NCBI GenBank assembly: GCA_009377375.1
Contig: WHUE01000007.1
Location: forward strand, 2,816 to 66,815
Source of the DNA: Alphaproteobacteria bacterium
GTDB taxonomy: Bacteria; Pseudomonadota; Alphaproteobacteria; MPNO01; UBA2964
Direction: 5' to 3'
Length of the DNA: 64,000 bases
Each line of letters starts with the position of its first letter. Position 1 is the first letter of the stretch. Below are positions 37,461-46,351 of the stretch, piece after piece. A model generated the notes under the pieces. The model searched no databases and was not told where the DNA came from. It saw only the letters and a list, made by a program, of their open reading frames with translations. The position numbers and the translations under genes are program-made.

Positions 37461-39400
37461 TTGTCGCCACAGCGGGTCATATCGACCACGGCAAGACGGT
37501 GCTGGTGAAGGCGCTGACCGGGGTGGATACCGACCGGCTGCCGGAGGAGAAGAGCCGCGGCATCTCCATCGATCTCGGCTACGCCTACCAGCCGCTGGAG
37601 TCCGGCGAGGTGCTGGGCTTCATCGACGTGCCCGGCCACGAACGCTTCGTGCGCAACATGCTCGCCGGCGTCACCGGCATCGACTACGCCATCCTCGTCG
37701 TCGCCGCCGATGACGGACCGATGCCGCAGACCGAGGAGCACCTGGCCATCCTCGACCTGCTCGGCGTGGCGCAAGGCTGCGTCGTCATCACCAAGACCGA
37801 CCGGGTGGACGCCGCGCGCGCCGCCGAGGTCGCCGGGCTGGTGGAGATACTGACCGACGGCACGGTGCTGGCGGGCGCGCCGGTCTTTCCGGTCTCGGCG
37901 CTGGCGGGCGATGGGATGGCGGCGCTGCGCGATCACCTCGCCGCAGTCGCGGCGGAAACGGGCCGCCGGGCCACCGCCGGGCCGTTCCGGCTCGCCATCG
38001 ACCGCCGCTTCATCGTGCCGGGCGCCGGGCTGGTGGTGACCGGAACCGTGTTCTCCGGCACGGTGGCGCGGGACGATCAGCTCGTGCTCTCGCCCGCCGG
38101 AACACGGGTGCGGGTGCGCGGGCTGCACGCCCAGAACCGCGAGGCGGCGACGGGCGCGGTCGGCCAGCGCTGCGCGCTCAACATCGCCGCCGCCGGGCTG
38201 GCGCTGGACGGCGTGCGGCGCGGCGACTGGGTCCTGGCCGAATCCGCCGACGCCCCGACCGCGCGCTTCGACGCCCGCATCCGGGTGCTGAAGAGCGAGG
38301 CGCGCGCCCTGCGCCACTGGACGCCGGTGCACCTGCATATCGGCGCGGCGGATATACCGGCACGCGTCGCCGTGCTCGGCGCGCGCGAGATTCGTCCGGG
38401 AGAAAGCGCGGCGGTGCAGCTCGTGCTGAATGCGCCGACATCGGCGCTGCGCGACGACCGGCTGATCCTGCGCGACCAGTCGGCGCGGCGGACCGTCGCC
38501 GGCGGGCGAGTGATCGACCCGTTCGCCCCGGCGCGGGGCCGCGGCCGGCCGGAGCGGCTCGAGGAGCTCTCGATCCTGGAAGAGGACGATCCCGCGACCG
38601 CGCTGCGCGCGCTGCTGGCGGGGCGGGCACAGGGGGTGGAACTCGACCGGTTCGCCCTGGCCCGCAACCTGCCCGACGCGGCGGCCGAGGCGCTTTGGCA
38701 GTCCGTGCCGATGGTCCGCATCCGGACCGGCAGGGCGGAGATCGGGATGGACCCCGCACTGTGGCAGGGCTGGTCGGAGCAGACGATGGCGGCGCTCGCC
38801 GCATGGCACGACACCCGACCGGACGAGCCCGGCCCGCCGGAAAGCGCGGTCCGCGACCGGCTCGCTCCGCGCCCCGCCGCGCCCGTCTTCTCCGCCGTGG
38901 TCGCGAAACTCGCCGGCAGCGGCAGGCTGGTCGCCGCCAACCGGCTTCTGAGCGCGCCGGACCACCGGCCGGGGATGAACGCCGCCGACCGCAAGCTGTG
39001 GGCGATGCTGGCGCCGCTGCTGACGGAGGCCCCGCTGCGCCCGCCCTCGGTCCACGACCTCGCCGCCGCGACCGGGCTGGCGGAACGGGCGGTGACCGGC
39101 TTCCTGCGCCGTGCCGGGGCGATGGGGCTGGTGGCGCAGCTCGCCCCCAACCGCTTCATCCTCGCCGGCACGCTGCGGCAGCTCGCCGAGGCCGCCGCAG
39201 CGCTGTCGGCCGAAAAGCCCGACGGCGCGTTCACCGCCGCCGAGTTCCGCACCGCCGGCGGCATCGGCCGCAACCTGGCCATCGAGGTGCTGGAGCATTT
39301 CGACTCCCGCGGGCTGACCCGCCGGCGTGGCGACCTGCGCGAGGCCGCGCGCAGCCCCGACGCCGTGTTCGGTGCGCGCCCCGACGCGCCCGCCGGTTGA
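37457..39400 (+). CDS. selB: Selenocysteine-specific elongation factor
   Basis: [39 protein letters not shown]; C-terminal winged-helix [13 protein letters not shown]; ATGA overlap with selA. Confidence 0.97.
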   Translation: MIVATAGHIDHGKTVLVKALTGVDTDRLPEEKSRGISIDLGYAYQPLESGEVLGFIDVPGHERFVRNMLAGVTGIDYAILVVAADDGPMPQTEEHLAILDLLGVAQGCVVITKTDRVDAARAAEVAGLVEILTDGTVLAGAPVFPVSALAGDGMAALRDHLAAVAAETGRRATAGPFRLAIDRRFIVPGAGLVVTGTVFSGTVARDDQLVLSPAGTRVRVRGLHAQNREAATGAVGQRCALNIAAAGLALDGVRRGDWVLAESADAPTARFDARIRVLKSEARALRHWTPVHLHIGAADIPARVAVLGAREIRPGESAAVQLVLNAPTSALRDDRLILRDQSARRTVAGGRVIDPFAPARGRGRPERLEELSILEEDDPATALRALLAGRAQGVELDRFALARNLPDAAAEALWQSVPMVRIRTGRAEIGMDPALWQGWSEQTMAALAAWHDTRPDEPGPPESAVRDRLAPRPAAPVFSAVVAKLAGSGRLVAANRLLSAPDHRPGMNAADRKLWAMLAPLLTEAPLRPPSVHDLAAATGLAERAVTGFLRRAGAMGLVAQLAPNRFILAGTLRQLAEAAAALSAEKPDGAFTAAEFRTAGGIGRNLAIEVLEHFDSRGLTRRRGDLREAARSPDAVFGARPDAPAG

Positions 39401-39426
39401 TCGCAGGGGCGCCGCCCCCCTATAGT
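39397..39426 (+). promoter_or_regulatory. Sigma70-like promoter for selC
   Basis: TTGATC-N18-TATAGT ending 12 nt before the tRNA 5' end. Confidence 0.45.
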
Positions 39427-39438
39427 CGCGCCCGCCGC

Positions 39439-39534
39439 GGAAGGGATTCGCAAGCCGGTGCTGCGCCCGGGCTTCAAACCCGGTGAGGGACGTTCAACGT
39501 GTCTGGTGGGTTCGACTCCCACTCTCTTCCGCCA
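39439..39534 (+). tRNA. selC: tRNA-Sec (UCA)
   Basis: 8-bp acceptor GGAAGGGA/TCTCTTCC plus GCCA; anticodon arm CCGGG-CT-TCA-AA-CCCGG; long variable arm; T arm GTGGG-TTCGACT-CCCAC (8+5 fold). Confidence 0.97.
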
Positions 39535-39676
39535 CGCTTTCCCGCAGCGGCCGCCCTTATCGCAATTCCAGGACTGTCGCCCCGGCTCGAAGACCGGGGC
39601 GACAGTCCTGTATGAGGCATACGACCGGGCAATATGCGCTATACTGCCTGCGGCTGCGCTGCAGGGAGGCACGAGC

Positions 39677-40522
39677 ATGCTCAACAAATTCCATTACGAC
39701 GGCACGTTCCGCTGGCCGGAGGACCGCCGGCTCGCCGTGACGCTGACCTTCGACTTCCAGGGCGGCGAGGACGTCCGCCCGGGACGCGACGGCAGGATCG
39801 ACCACGAGAAATACACCCAGGCGGAGTACGGTCCGAACACCGCCATCTGGCGCATCCTGCGCATCCTCGAGGAGGAAGACGTCGCCGCCACCTTCATGAC
39901 CTGCGGCGCCATCGCCGAGCGCTACCCGGAGGCGGTGGAGGCGATCCGGGCGGCGGGACACGAGGTCGCCGGGCACGGCTATCACCACGAGGTCGCCCGC
40001 GAACTTTCCCGCGAGGACGAGTCCGAGGTGATGCGCAAAACCATCGCCATGATCGAGGACCGCGCCGGCGCGCGGCCGATGGGCTGGCGGTCCTGCACCC
40101 AGAGCCCGAACAGTATCGCGCTGCTGATGGATCACGGATTTCTGTGGAACAGCAATACCTTCTCGCACGATCTTCCCTTTCTGTGGGAAGAATCGGGCCG
40201 CGTACTGGTGGAGTTGCCGCGCCAGCCCTTCGGCGACGGGCGCACCTATTTCGCCGACCACGGCAACCCGGCCGACACGCTGGCGGTCTGGCAGACGATG
40301 TTCGACGAACTGCATGAAGAGGCGCAGGAAAGCCCGGGCTACTGCCCGTTCCAGTTTCATCCCTACATCTCGGGCCGGCCGGGCCGGGCCACGACGCTGC
40401 GCCGTATCATCCGTCACATGAAGCAGGACGGCGTCTGGTTCGCGACCGGCTCGGAAGCCGCGCGCTGGTGCCTCGACGAGCTGTTCAGGGACGCGACGGA
40501 CCGGATCGCCGCGGCATCCTGA
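39677..40522 (+). CDS. Polysaccharide deacetylase family (PuuE/PgdA-like) hydrolase
   Basis: LTFDF, AEYG, ATFMTCG, HEVAGHGYHH, FHPYISGRPGR. Confidence 0.82.
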   Translation: MLNKFHYDGTFRWPEDRRLAVTLTFDFQGGEDVRPGRDGRIDHEKYTQAEYGPNTAIWRILRILEEEDVAATFMTCGAIAERYPEAVEAIRAAGHEVAGHGYHHEVARELSREDESEVMRKTIAMIEDRAGARPMGWRSCTQSPNSIALLMDHGFLWNSNTFSHDLPFLWEESGRVLVELPRQPFGDGRTYFADHGNPADTLAVWQTMFDELHEEAQESPGYCPFQFHPYISGRPGRATTLRRIIRHMKQDGVWFATGSEAARWCLDELFRDATDRIAAAS

Positions 40523-40534
40523 GCCATGAACAGA

Positions 40535-40566
40535 AACACCCCCGGCCTTCCAGCCGGGGGCGTTTT
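40535..40566. terminator. Bidirectional terminator candidate
   Basis: AAC-A-CCCCCGGC / GCCGGGGG-C-GTT hairpin between convergent genes. Confidence 0.6.
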
Positions 40567-40587
40567 CCATGCGGTCTCCGCGCGCGG

Positions 40588-41211
40588 CTACTTCACCGGC
40601 GAGAACGGCGCGGCGAGGACGATCTTGTTGGACTGGAGCTGCAGCGTCTCGGTACGGCCCTTCGGCGGCCACAGACCCTTGGCGGCGGCTTCCTTGCGGA
40701 TTTCGGCGCGATGGTTGAGGCTCTCATACGACCAGATATGGACGAACTTGTTGAGCGCCCCCGCATCCGTGTGCATCGCCATCACCAACGGCGAGAGCGC
40801 CACCCGCTTCGGCACGGCCTTGGACCAGTTCTTGTAGAGCTCTCCCAGCATGCCCGGCTTGATCATGTATTCGCGCCACTCGAAGATCGGGCCGAGCTTG
40901 CCGGTCTTGAATTCCGGCGTGAACGGCGCGGGGTGGAAAATCTCCGACTGCATGTGCTCCTGCAGATGCGCGACCTTGGGCGGCCAGGCGTATTTCTTGT
41001 CGGCCACCGACTTGGCGCGGATCTTCTCGCGGTCGCCCGCGTCCTTGTAGGGCCAGACGTGGATGACTTCGTTCAGCGGGCCGATCTCGGTGTGGAAGAA
41101 CGCCGCCATCTGTGACAGGGCTTTGCGCTTCGCATATGCCTTGCCGAAGATGTCGATGAACTCCGGCACGCCGCGCGGCGCGAGGCGGTAGGTTCTGACT
41201 TCGTAGATCAT
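40588..41211 (-). CDS. Two-domain NIPSNAP family protein
   Basis: MIYEVRTY...TEIGPLNEVIHVWPY and IFEWREY...GALNKFVHIWSYESL. Confidence 0.88.
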   Translation of the reverse strand: MIYEVRTYRLAPRGVPEFIDIFGKAYAKRKALSQMAAFFHTEIGPLNEVIHVWPYKDAGDREKIRAKSVADKKYAWPPKVAHLQEHMQSEIFHPAPFTPEFKTGKLGPIFEWREYMIKPGMLGELYKNWSKAVPKRVALSPLVMAMHTDAGALNKFVHIWSYESLNHRAEIRKEAAAKGLWPPKGRTETLQLQSNKIVLAAPFSPVK

Positions 41212-41271
41212 TTCTGGCTGTCCTCTCTGATTTCCCATCGCGGCGCCGGGATGCGGCGCCGCCCCGATCCC

Positions 41272-42969
41272 CTATTTGCTCACCACCACGTCGATGATGG
41301 CGGGCTGGCCTTCCCGGGTCGCCTTCAGCCCGTTGCGCAGCGCGTCCTGCAGCTTCTCCGGATCGGTGACCCGCTCGCCGTAGCCGCCGACGGATTCGGC
41401 GACCTTCACCAGGTCCGGCGCGTTGATGTGGGTGCCGTGGAACACGTCCGTCTCGACCGCCGTGCCCTTCGGGTACATCTTCAGGTGCATGCCCTGCATA
41501 GCGGCGTATTTCTGGTTGTTGAACACCACCACCATGACCGGAATCTTGTAGTCGCGCGAGGCGCCGAGGCTGCCGAGCACCGGGTTGTAGAGCAACGCGC
41601 CGTCGCCGATGAGCGTGACCACCGGGTCCGCCGGCCGCGCCAGCTTGACGCCGAGCGACAGCCCGATCCCCTGTCCCAGCCCGCCCTGGCGGGTGAACAG
41701 CGCGCCCGGCCGGTTCCACTTCAGATGCTGGCGCAGCAGCCCGGTATGGGTCGTCACCTCGTCGATATAGGCGGTATTGTCCGGCATCACCTCGTTGAGG
41801 CAGGCGCAGAGCCAGACGGGGTCGATCGGCGTCTTCTTGCGCGCGTCCTGCTGCGCCTTGGCGGTGGAGTCGACCAGCGCCTTGTGGGACTTCGCCAGCG
41901 CCTCGCGCCGCGCCTTCACCGCCGCATCGTCGATGCCGAGCCCGCGCACCACCTCTGCCAGCGCCTTCAGGGTCAGCGTCAGGTCGCCTTCCAGATACAT
42001 GTCGGCCTGGAGGCTCTGGTAAACCATGTTCTCGCGATGGGGCGACTCGTCCAGGATCGCCACCACCGCCTTCGGCGGCTTGGCGGAGGGCGGATACCAC
42101 GGCGCGCGGCAGCGGACGACCACGGCAAGGTCGGTGTCGTTCCAGTACTTCTGGAAGTCGACGCCCTGGTAGAGGTCGTGATCCTTCGGGAAGTTGGCGA
42201 ACAGCGCGCCCGACTTCTCCACCACCGGCAGGGCCAGTAGCTCGCACAGCGCGACCAGCGCGTCCCAGGTCGCCGCCTCGCGCCCTGCGGCCTCGACCAG
42301 AATCACCGGGTTCTTCGCCTTGACCAACTGGGCGGCCAGCTTCTTCACGTCGTCCGGCGCGGTCAGCATGCGGGGCGCGGCCGGCACGGCGCGGCCGTTC
42401 GCCGGCTTCTCCCACTTCTCCATCAGCGTCTCGGTGGAGACGCTGAGATAGGTCGGCCCCTGCGGCACGCGCTGCGCGATCTCGCCCGCGCGCACCACGC
42501 TCTCGTAGATCGTATGGGCGCTGTTCGACAGCGAGGCGAACTTGGTGACGGAATCGACCAGATGGGTGGTGCCGCCGACGATGCTGAGATTGTCGATCCA
42601 CTGGCGGCCGGGATCGAAGTCCGGCTGCTCGCCATAGGTCATCGACTCGCCGGAGATCACGACCATCGGCGCCTGAGCCAGCCAGGCGCCGTGGATGCCC
42701 ATCGCGCCCTGCAGCAGCCCGGAGCCCGCGTGCAGCAGCACGCCCTGCATCTTGCCGGACGCCAGCGTGTATCCCGCGGCCACGTCCACCGCCAGCGTTT
42801 CATGCCAGAAGTCCAGCAGCGTCGGGCCGTTCTTGCCGTCCCGGATCTGGTTGGCCATCGCTTCCCAGACCGGCGCCCATTCGGTGCCGGGCGAGGACAG
42901 GATGTAGTCCACCCCCAGGTTGCGGAATGCCTCGACGATCGCCTCGCCGCCATCAGCCGTATGCGCCAT
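41272..42969 (-). CDS. Thiamine-diphosphate-dependent enzyme (AHAS/decarboxylase superfamily)
   Basis: GVDYILSSPGTE, HETLAVDVAAGY, GGLGQGIG, IGDGALLYN...VVFNN ThDP-binding motif. Confidence 0.88.
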   Translation of the reverse strand: MAHTADGGEAIVEAFRNLGVDYILSSPGTEWAPVWEAMANQIRDGKNGPTLLDFWHETLAVDVAAGYTLASGKMQGVLLHAGSGLLQGAMGIHGAWLAQAPMVVISGESMTYGEQPDFDPGRQWIDNLSIVGGTTHLVDSVTKFASLSNSAHTIYESVVRAGEIAQRVPQGPTYLSVSTETLMEKWEKPANGRAVPAAPRMLTAPDDVKKLAAQLVKAKNPVILVEAAGREAATWDALVALCELLALPVVEKSGALFANFPKDHDLYQGVDFQKYWNDTDLAVVVRCRAPWYPPSAKPPKAVVAILDESPHRENMVYQSLQADMYLEGDLTLTLKALAEVVRGLGIDDAAVKARREALAKSHKALVDSTAKAQQDARKKTPIDPVWLCACLNEVMPDNTAYIDEVTTHTGLLRQHLKWNRPGALFTRQGGLGQGIGLSLGVKLARPADPVVTLIGDGALLYNPVLGSLGASRDYKIPVMVVVFNNQKYAAMQGMHLKMYPKGTAVETDVFHGTHINAPDLVKVAESVGGYGERVTDPEKLQDALRNGLKATREGQPAIIDVVVSK

Positions 42970-43086
42970 GGTTCGTCTCCCTGTATGCGTTTCGTTGTTG
43001 GAGCAGAGCCTAGTGTATGAGGCCCCGCGCGGCAATCCGGGGGACGGCGTTTTTGTACCGTGGCGAGGCGCCGGGCGGCAGCCGGC

Positions 43087-43953
43087 CTATTTGAGGAAGA
43101 ACTGGACGGGCACGACGATTTCCAGCCTGTCGCGGTTCATCGCGTCCGGGATCGGCGGCAGCGGATTGGCCCGCTTGATCATGGCTTCCGCCTCGTCGTC
43201 GAGCAGGCGGTGGCCGGAGGTCTTCTCGATGCGGTCGGCGCGCACCTCGCCGCCCCTGTCGACGACGAAATAAAGCAGCACCGTGCCCTCGACGCGCCTC
43301 TGCCGCGCCGCGCGGGGATATTCCTTGTGCTTTTCCAGCCAGGCCTGCAGCAGCGACATGTAATCCGCGGCCGCGCCCGCCGCACCGCCGCCGGCCGAGT
43401 TGTCGCCGCTGCCCGTCAGGTTCGCGGTCGTGGTTCCCGCCTTGCCCTGCGTGCCGGCGAGCGCCGCTTCCGTGGAGGAGGTCTCCGCCTGCTCCACCGG
43501 TTCCGTCGCCGTCTCGACCGGCTTCGCCTCTTCCGGCTCCGGCAGCGTCACAGGCTCCGGCTCGACCGCCGGCTTCGGCGGGGGCGGCTTCACGCGCGGC
43601 GGCGGCGGCTTCACCTCCTTGACCGGCTTGACCTCCTGCACCGGCGGCGGCGCCTCCGCCATCTGCACCGGAACGACCTCAGCCGGCGGCGGCTCGACCG
43701 CGCTTTCCGGCGGCGGCGTCTCCTCCGGCTCGGGTTCGACCGGCTTCGCCTCGGCCGGCGCGGGCGCGTCCGCCGCGGCCACCCCGGATACGCCCCCCGC
43801 CGGGCCGAGCGAGATTTCCACCCCGCCGACGCCGACCGCCTTCGCGCCGGGCGGCGTCGGCTCCCACAGCACGGCGACGGCCGCGGCCGCATGCAGCGCC
43901 ACGGCGAGGCCGAGCGCCCAGACCCAGTGGCGGGGACGGATGGCCGTCGTCAT
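43087..43953 (-). CDS. tonB: Energy transducer TonB
   Basis: N-terminal TM with SHLS-like AVALHAA; Pro/Glu/Lys-rich spacer; YPRAARQRRVEG; SG...LD..A. Confidence 0.93.
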   Translation of the reverse strand: MTTAIRPRHWVWALGLAVALHAAAAVAVLWEPTPPGAKAVGVGGVEISLGPAGGVSGVAAADAPAPAEAKPVEPEPEETPPPESAVEPPPAEVVPVQMAEAPPPVQEVKPVKEVKPPPPRVKPPPPKPAVEPEPVTLPEPEEAKPVETATEPVEQAETSSTEAALAGTQGKAGTTTANLTGSGDNSAGGGAAGAAADYMSLLQAWLEKHKEYPRAARQRRVEGTVLLYFVVDRGGEVRADRIEKTSGHRLLDDEAEAMIKRANPLPPIPDAMNRDRLEIVVPVQFFLK

Positions 43954-44366
43954 TCGGCCGGCACCGTCAGCAGGCGGAGTTTCCTGACCCCGGCTTCGCG
44001 CAGAAGCTCCATCACCTCGACCACGCGCGTCGCGGGCGTCCGGCCGTCCGCCTTCACCCGGACCTCCGGCACCCGGGAGCCGTCGCCCGCGCGCGCGGCC
44101 AGCACCGCCCTCAGCCCGGCCCCGTCCAGGATCGCGCCCTCGAGCCCGATCCGGCCGTCCGCGCCGATCAGCACCACGATATCGGCCGCGCCCGGCTCGC
44201 TCTCGCTGGCCGAGGACGGCGGCTCGATGTCGAACGGATCGGTGGCGGCGAGCTGACCTGCCAGCATGAAGAAAATCAGCAGCAGGAAGACGACGTTGAT
44301 CAGCGGCAAAATGCGCTCGTCGTCGCTCTTCGGCCGGGGCGGATCGAAGCGCATGGTTCGGCTCAC
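43950..44366 (-). CDS. exbD: ExbD/TolR biopolymer transporter
   Basis: ILPLINVVFLLLIFFM, VKADG. Confidence 0.88.
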   Translation of the reverse strand: MSRTMRFDPPRPKSDDERILPLINVVFLLLIFFMLAGQLAATDPFDIEPPSSASESEPGAADIVVLIGADGRIGLEGAILDGAGLRAVLAARAGDGSRVPEVRVKADGRTPATRVVEVMELLREAGVRKLRLLTVPAE

Positions 44367-44794
44367 CGTGCGTCGCGGATCAGGGACATGTTGCCGACCC
44401 CCGCCGCGGCGAGCCGGTCGAGCACGACGACGACGTCCTGCACCGGCACGCCCTTCGCCGGCCGCACCAGCACACGCCGATCAGGCTTCTTCGCGAGCGA
44501 GTCGGCGGCGCGCCGCACCAGCCGGTCGAGCGAGACCGTCTCGCCACCGAGGCGCAGCCCGTCGTCGCGGATCTCCACCAGCAGCGCGCCTTCCATCGAG
44601 GGGCTGGCCGCCGCGCGGCCCGGCGCATCGAGCGCGATCGCCCGCCAGTTCAGGAAGGACGAGGCCAGCATGAAGAAGATGAGCAGGATGAACACCACGT
44701 CGATCAGCGGTGTCAGGCTGATGAGCCCCCGGCGGCGGCCGCTACTCGGCGGCGCCAGCGACAGCCGGTCTGTAAGCTGCTTGGGCATGGCCAT
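44363..44794 (-). CDS. exbD: ExbD/TolR biopolymer transporter
   Basis: LTPLIDVVFILLIFFM; start uncertain (overlaps the exbB 3' end). Confidence 0.87.
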   Translation of the reverse strand: MAMPKQLTDRLSLAPPSSGRRRGLISLTPLIDVVFILLIFFMLASSFLNWRAIALDAPGRAAASPSMEGALLVEIRDDGLRLGGETVSLDRLVRRAADSLAKKPDRRVLVRPAKGVPVQDVVVVLDRLAAAGVGNMSLIRDAR

Positions 44795-45512
44795 CCTGTC
44801 CTCGATGCGGGATTGAAAGGTCCTCGGTGAAGACCTGGGTGACGACGCTGTCCATCTCGTGCGCCAGCCGGTCGACGATGCGTTCCAGCCAGTTGACCGC
44901 GGCCACCGTCGGAATGGCGACGGCAAGCCCGACCGCGGTGGTGAGCAGCGCCTCCCAGATGCCGCCGGACAGGATCGCCGGGTTGATCCGGTTGCCCGCG
45001 GCCTCGAGCTGCTGGAACGCGGAGATCATGCCCAGCACGGTGCCGAACAGCCCCAGCAGCGGCGCCAGCGTCGCGATCACTTCCAGCGGCCGGAAGAAGG
45101 TTCGCAGCGATTCCAGCATTTCGCTGCCGGCGCGGACCACCTCCTCGCGGACCAGGGAGTCCGGCAGGTCGCGCCGTTCGCGGCCGCGGATCGCCAGCGC
45201 CAGCGCCCGGGCGACCGGATTTGCGCTGCCTGCGGCGACTACCAGCGCCTCCGCCGCGTTGCCGCCGCGATAGAGCGCCAGGGCCCGGCGGGCCGGGGCG
45301 CGGCCCCAGAGCCGGGCCTTGCGGAACTGCCAGAGCTTGAGCACCAGGATCGCGACCGCGACGACGGACATCGCCAGCAGGATCGCCACGACCGGCCCGC
45401 CGGCCAGCAGCAGCTCCGCCCCGCGTTCGGCCAGGGCCTGCGCCGTCCCGACCGCCGGCGGGGCGGCCTCGACTGCCTCGGCGGGCGCCGCGGTCATTCC
45501 CTCGTTTTCCAT
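44742..45512 (-). CDS. exbB: ExbB/TolQ/MotA proton channel
   Basis: APLLGLFGTVLGMI..F, GGIWEALLTTAVGLAVAIP. Confidence 0.93.
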   Translation of the reverse strand: MENEGMTAAPAEAVEAAPPAVGTAQALAERGAELLLAGGPVVAILLAMSVVAVAILVLKLWQFRKARLWGRAPARRALALYRGGNAAEALVVAAGSANPVARALALAIRGRERRDLPDSLVREEVVRAGSEMLESLRTFFRPLEVIATLAPLLGLFGTVLGMISAFQQLEAAGNRINPAILSGGIWEALLTTAVGLAVAIPTVAAVNWLERIVDRLAHEMDSVVTQVFTEDLSIPHRGQDGHAQAAYRPAVAGAAE

Positions 45513-45606
45513 TACGCCTTCCTCTGCAACCTTGCTGCGTGCCACCGATCCGCCCTTCCCCTGTCTCCATGACGGATGATGGCGGCCGGTTTCCACATGA
45601 ATTCCA

Positions 45607-46041
45607 TCACTTGATCAGCGGCGCGGCGGCGCGGGAGCTGGTCGTGACCAGCCCGGTGCAGTCGTCGCGCCGGCCCGACGCATCGCGGCAGGCCATGACG
45701 TCGTTGAGCAGGATGCGGCCGATCCCGGGGCACGGGATGCCGTCGATGTCGAACACCTTGAGGCTGGTCTTGCCGGCGCCCAGCGGCGCGCCCTGCACCG
45801 CCACGCGGCGGCCCACCACCCCGTCGGCGTCGAACATCACCAGATCCAGCTTGAGCTCCTGAAACGCGCTGCCGGTCCCGTTCTTCAGCACCAGATAGGC
45901 CCGGCACGCGTCCTTGCGCGGCTCCAGCTTGTTCAGCTCCACCGCGATCCCCGGCTCGGCGGCGGCGGGCACAGTATGGGCAAGCACGGCGGCCAGCGCG
46001 GCAGCGAGGGCGGTCGGCTTTCGGCATGAATCCCAGTCCAT
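45607..46041 (-). CDS. Exported hypothetical protein with four Cys, first gene of the exbB-exbD-exbD-tonB unit
   Basis: Signal peptide (AALAAVLAHTVPAAA); ELNKLE, DLVMFD, KTSLKVFD; four Cys in the mature part. Confidence 0.75.
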   Translation of the reverse strand: MDWDSCRKPTALAAALAAVLAHTVPAAAEPGIAVELNKLEPRKDACRAYLVLKNGTGSAFQELKLDLVMFDADGVVGRRVAVQGAPLGAGKTSLKVFDIDGIPCPGIGRILLNDVMACRDASGRRDDCTGLVTTSSRAAAPLIK

Positions 46042-46106
46042 CGGCTCCTGTCTTCGCGAAAAAGGCGCGGCATGCGAACGCCACCGCCGGGCGACCGCGT
46101 ACTCAT

Positions 46107-46125
46107 AATGCGAATAACTCGCAAT
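46107..46125. promoter_or_regulatory. Fur-alpha-like box
   Basis: AATGCGAATAACTCGCAAT near-palindrome upstream of the exb/tonB unit. Confidence 0.7.
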
Positions 46126-46141
46126 CGCAAGGAAAACGACG

Positions 46142-46351
46142 CTATTTTCGTTTCCACAGCGGTTTCCGCGGGCGCGCGGACCACGCCACCGTCAGCAGGA
46201 GCGCGCCAAGGGCCAGCCACGAGACGACGTCCCAAGGGCCGTCGCCGACCAGCGCGGAGACCAGCCCGGCCATTCCCATGGCCGCGAGTGCCGCCGGGAC
46301 CGCGAACACCCGCGCGGCGGACCGCCCCGAGGCGGGCTCCTGCCCCGTCAT
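46142..46351 (-). CDS. 69-aa two-TM membrane protein coupled to the PepSY-TM gene
   Basis: ATGA overlap with the PepSY stop; VFAVPAALAAMGMAGLVSALVGDGPWDVVSWLALG. Confidence 0.7.
   Translation of the reverse strand: MTGQEPASGRSAARVFAVPAALAAMGMAGLVSALVGDGPWDVVSWLALGALLLTVAWSARPRKPLWKRK

Noticed and set aside
39439-39680. selC as an integration site for a genomic island
   Set aside because: No integrase, and I saw no duplicated tRNA 3' end in the window; composition does not visibly shift.
43500-43760. Low-complexity repeats in tonB
   Set aside because: Ordinary Pro/Glu/Lys-rich periplasmic spacer of TonB.
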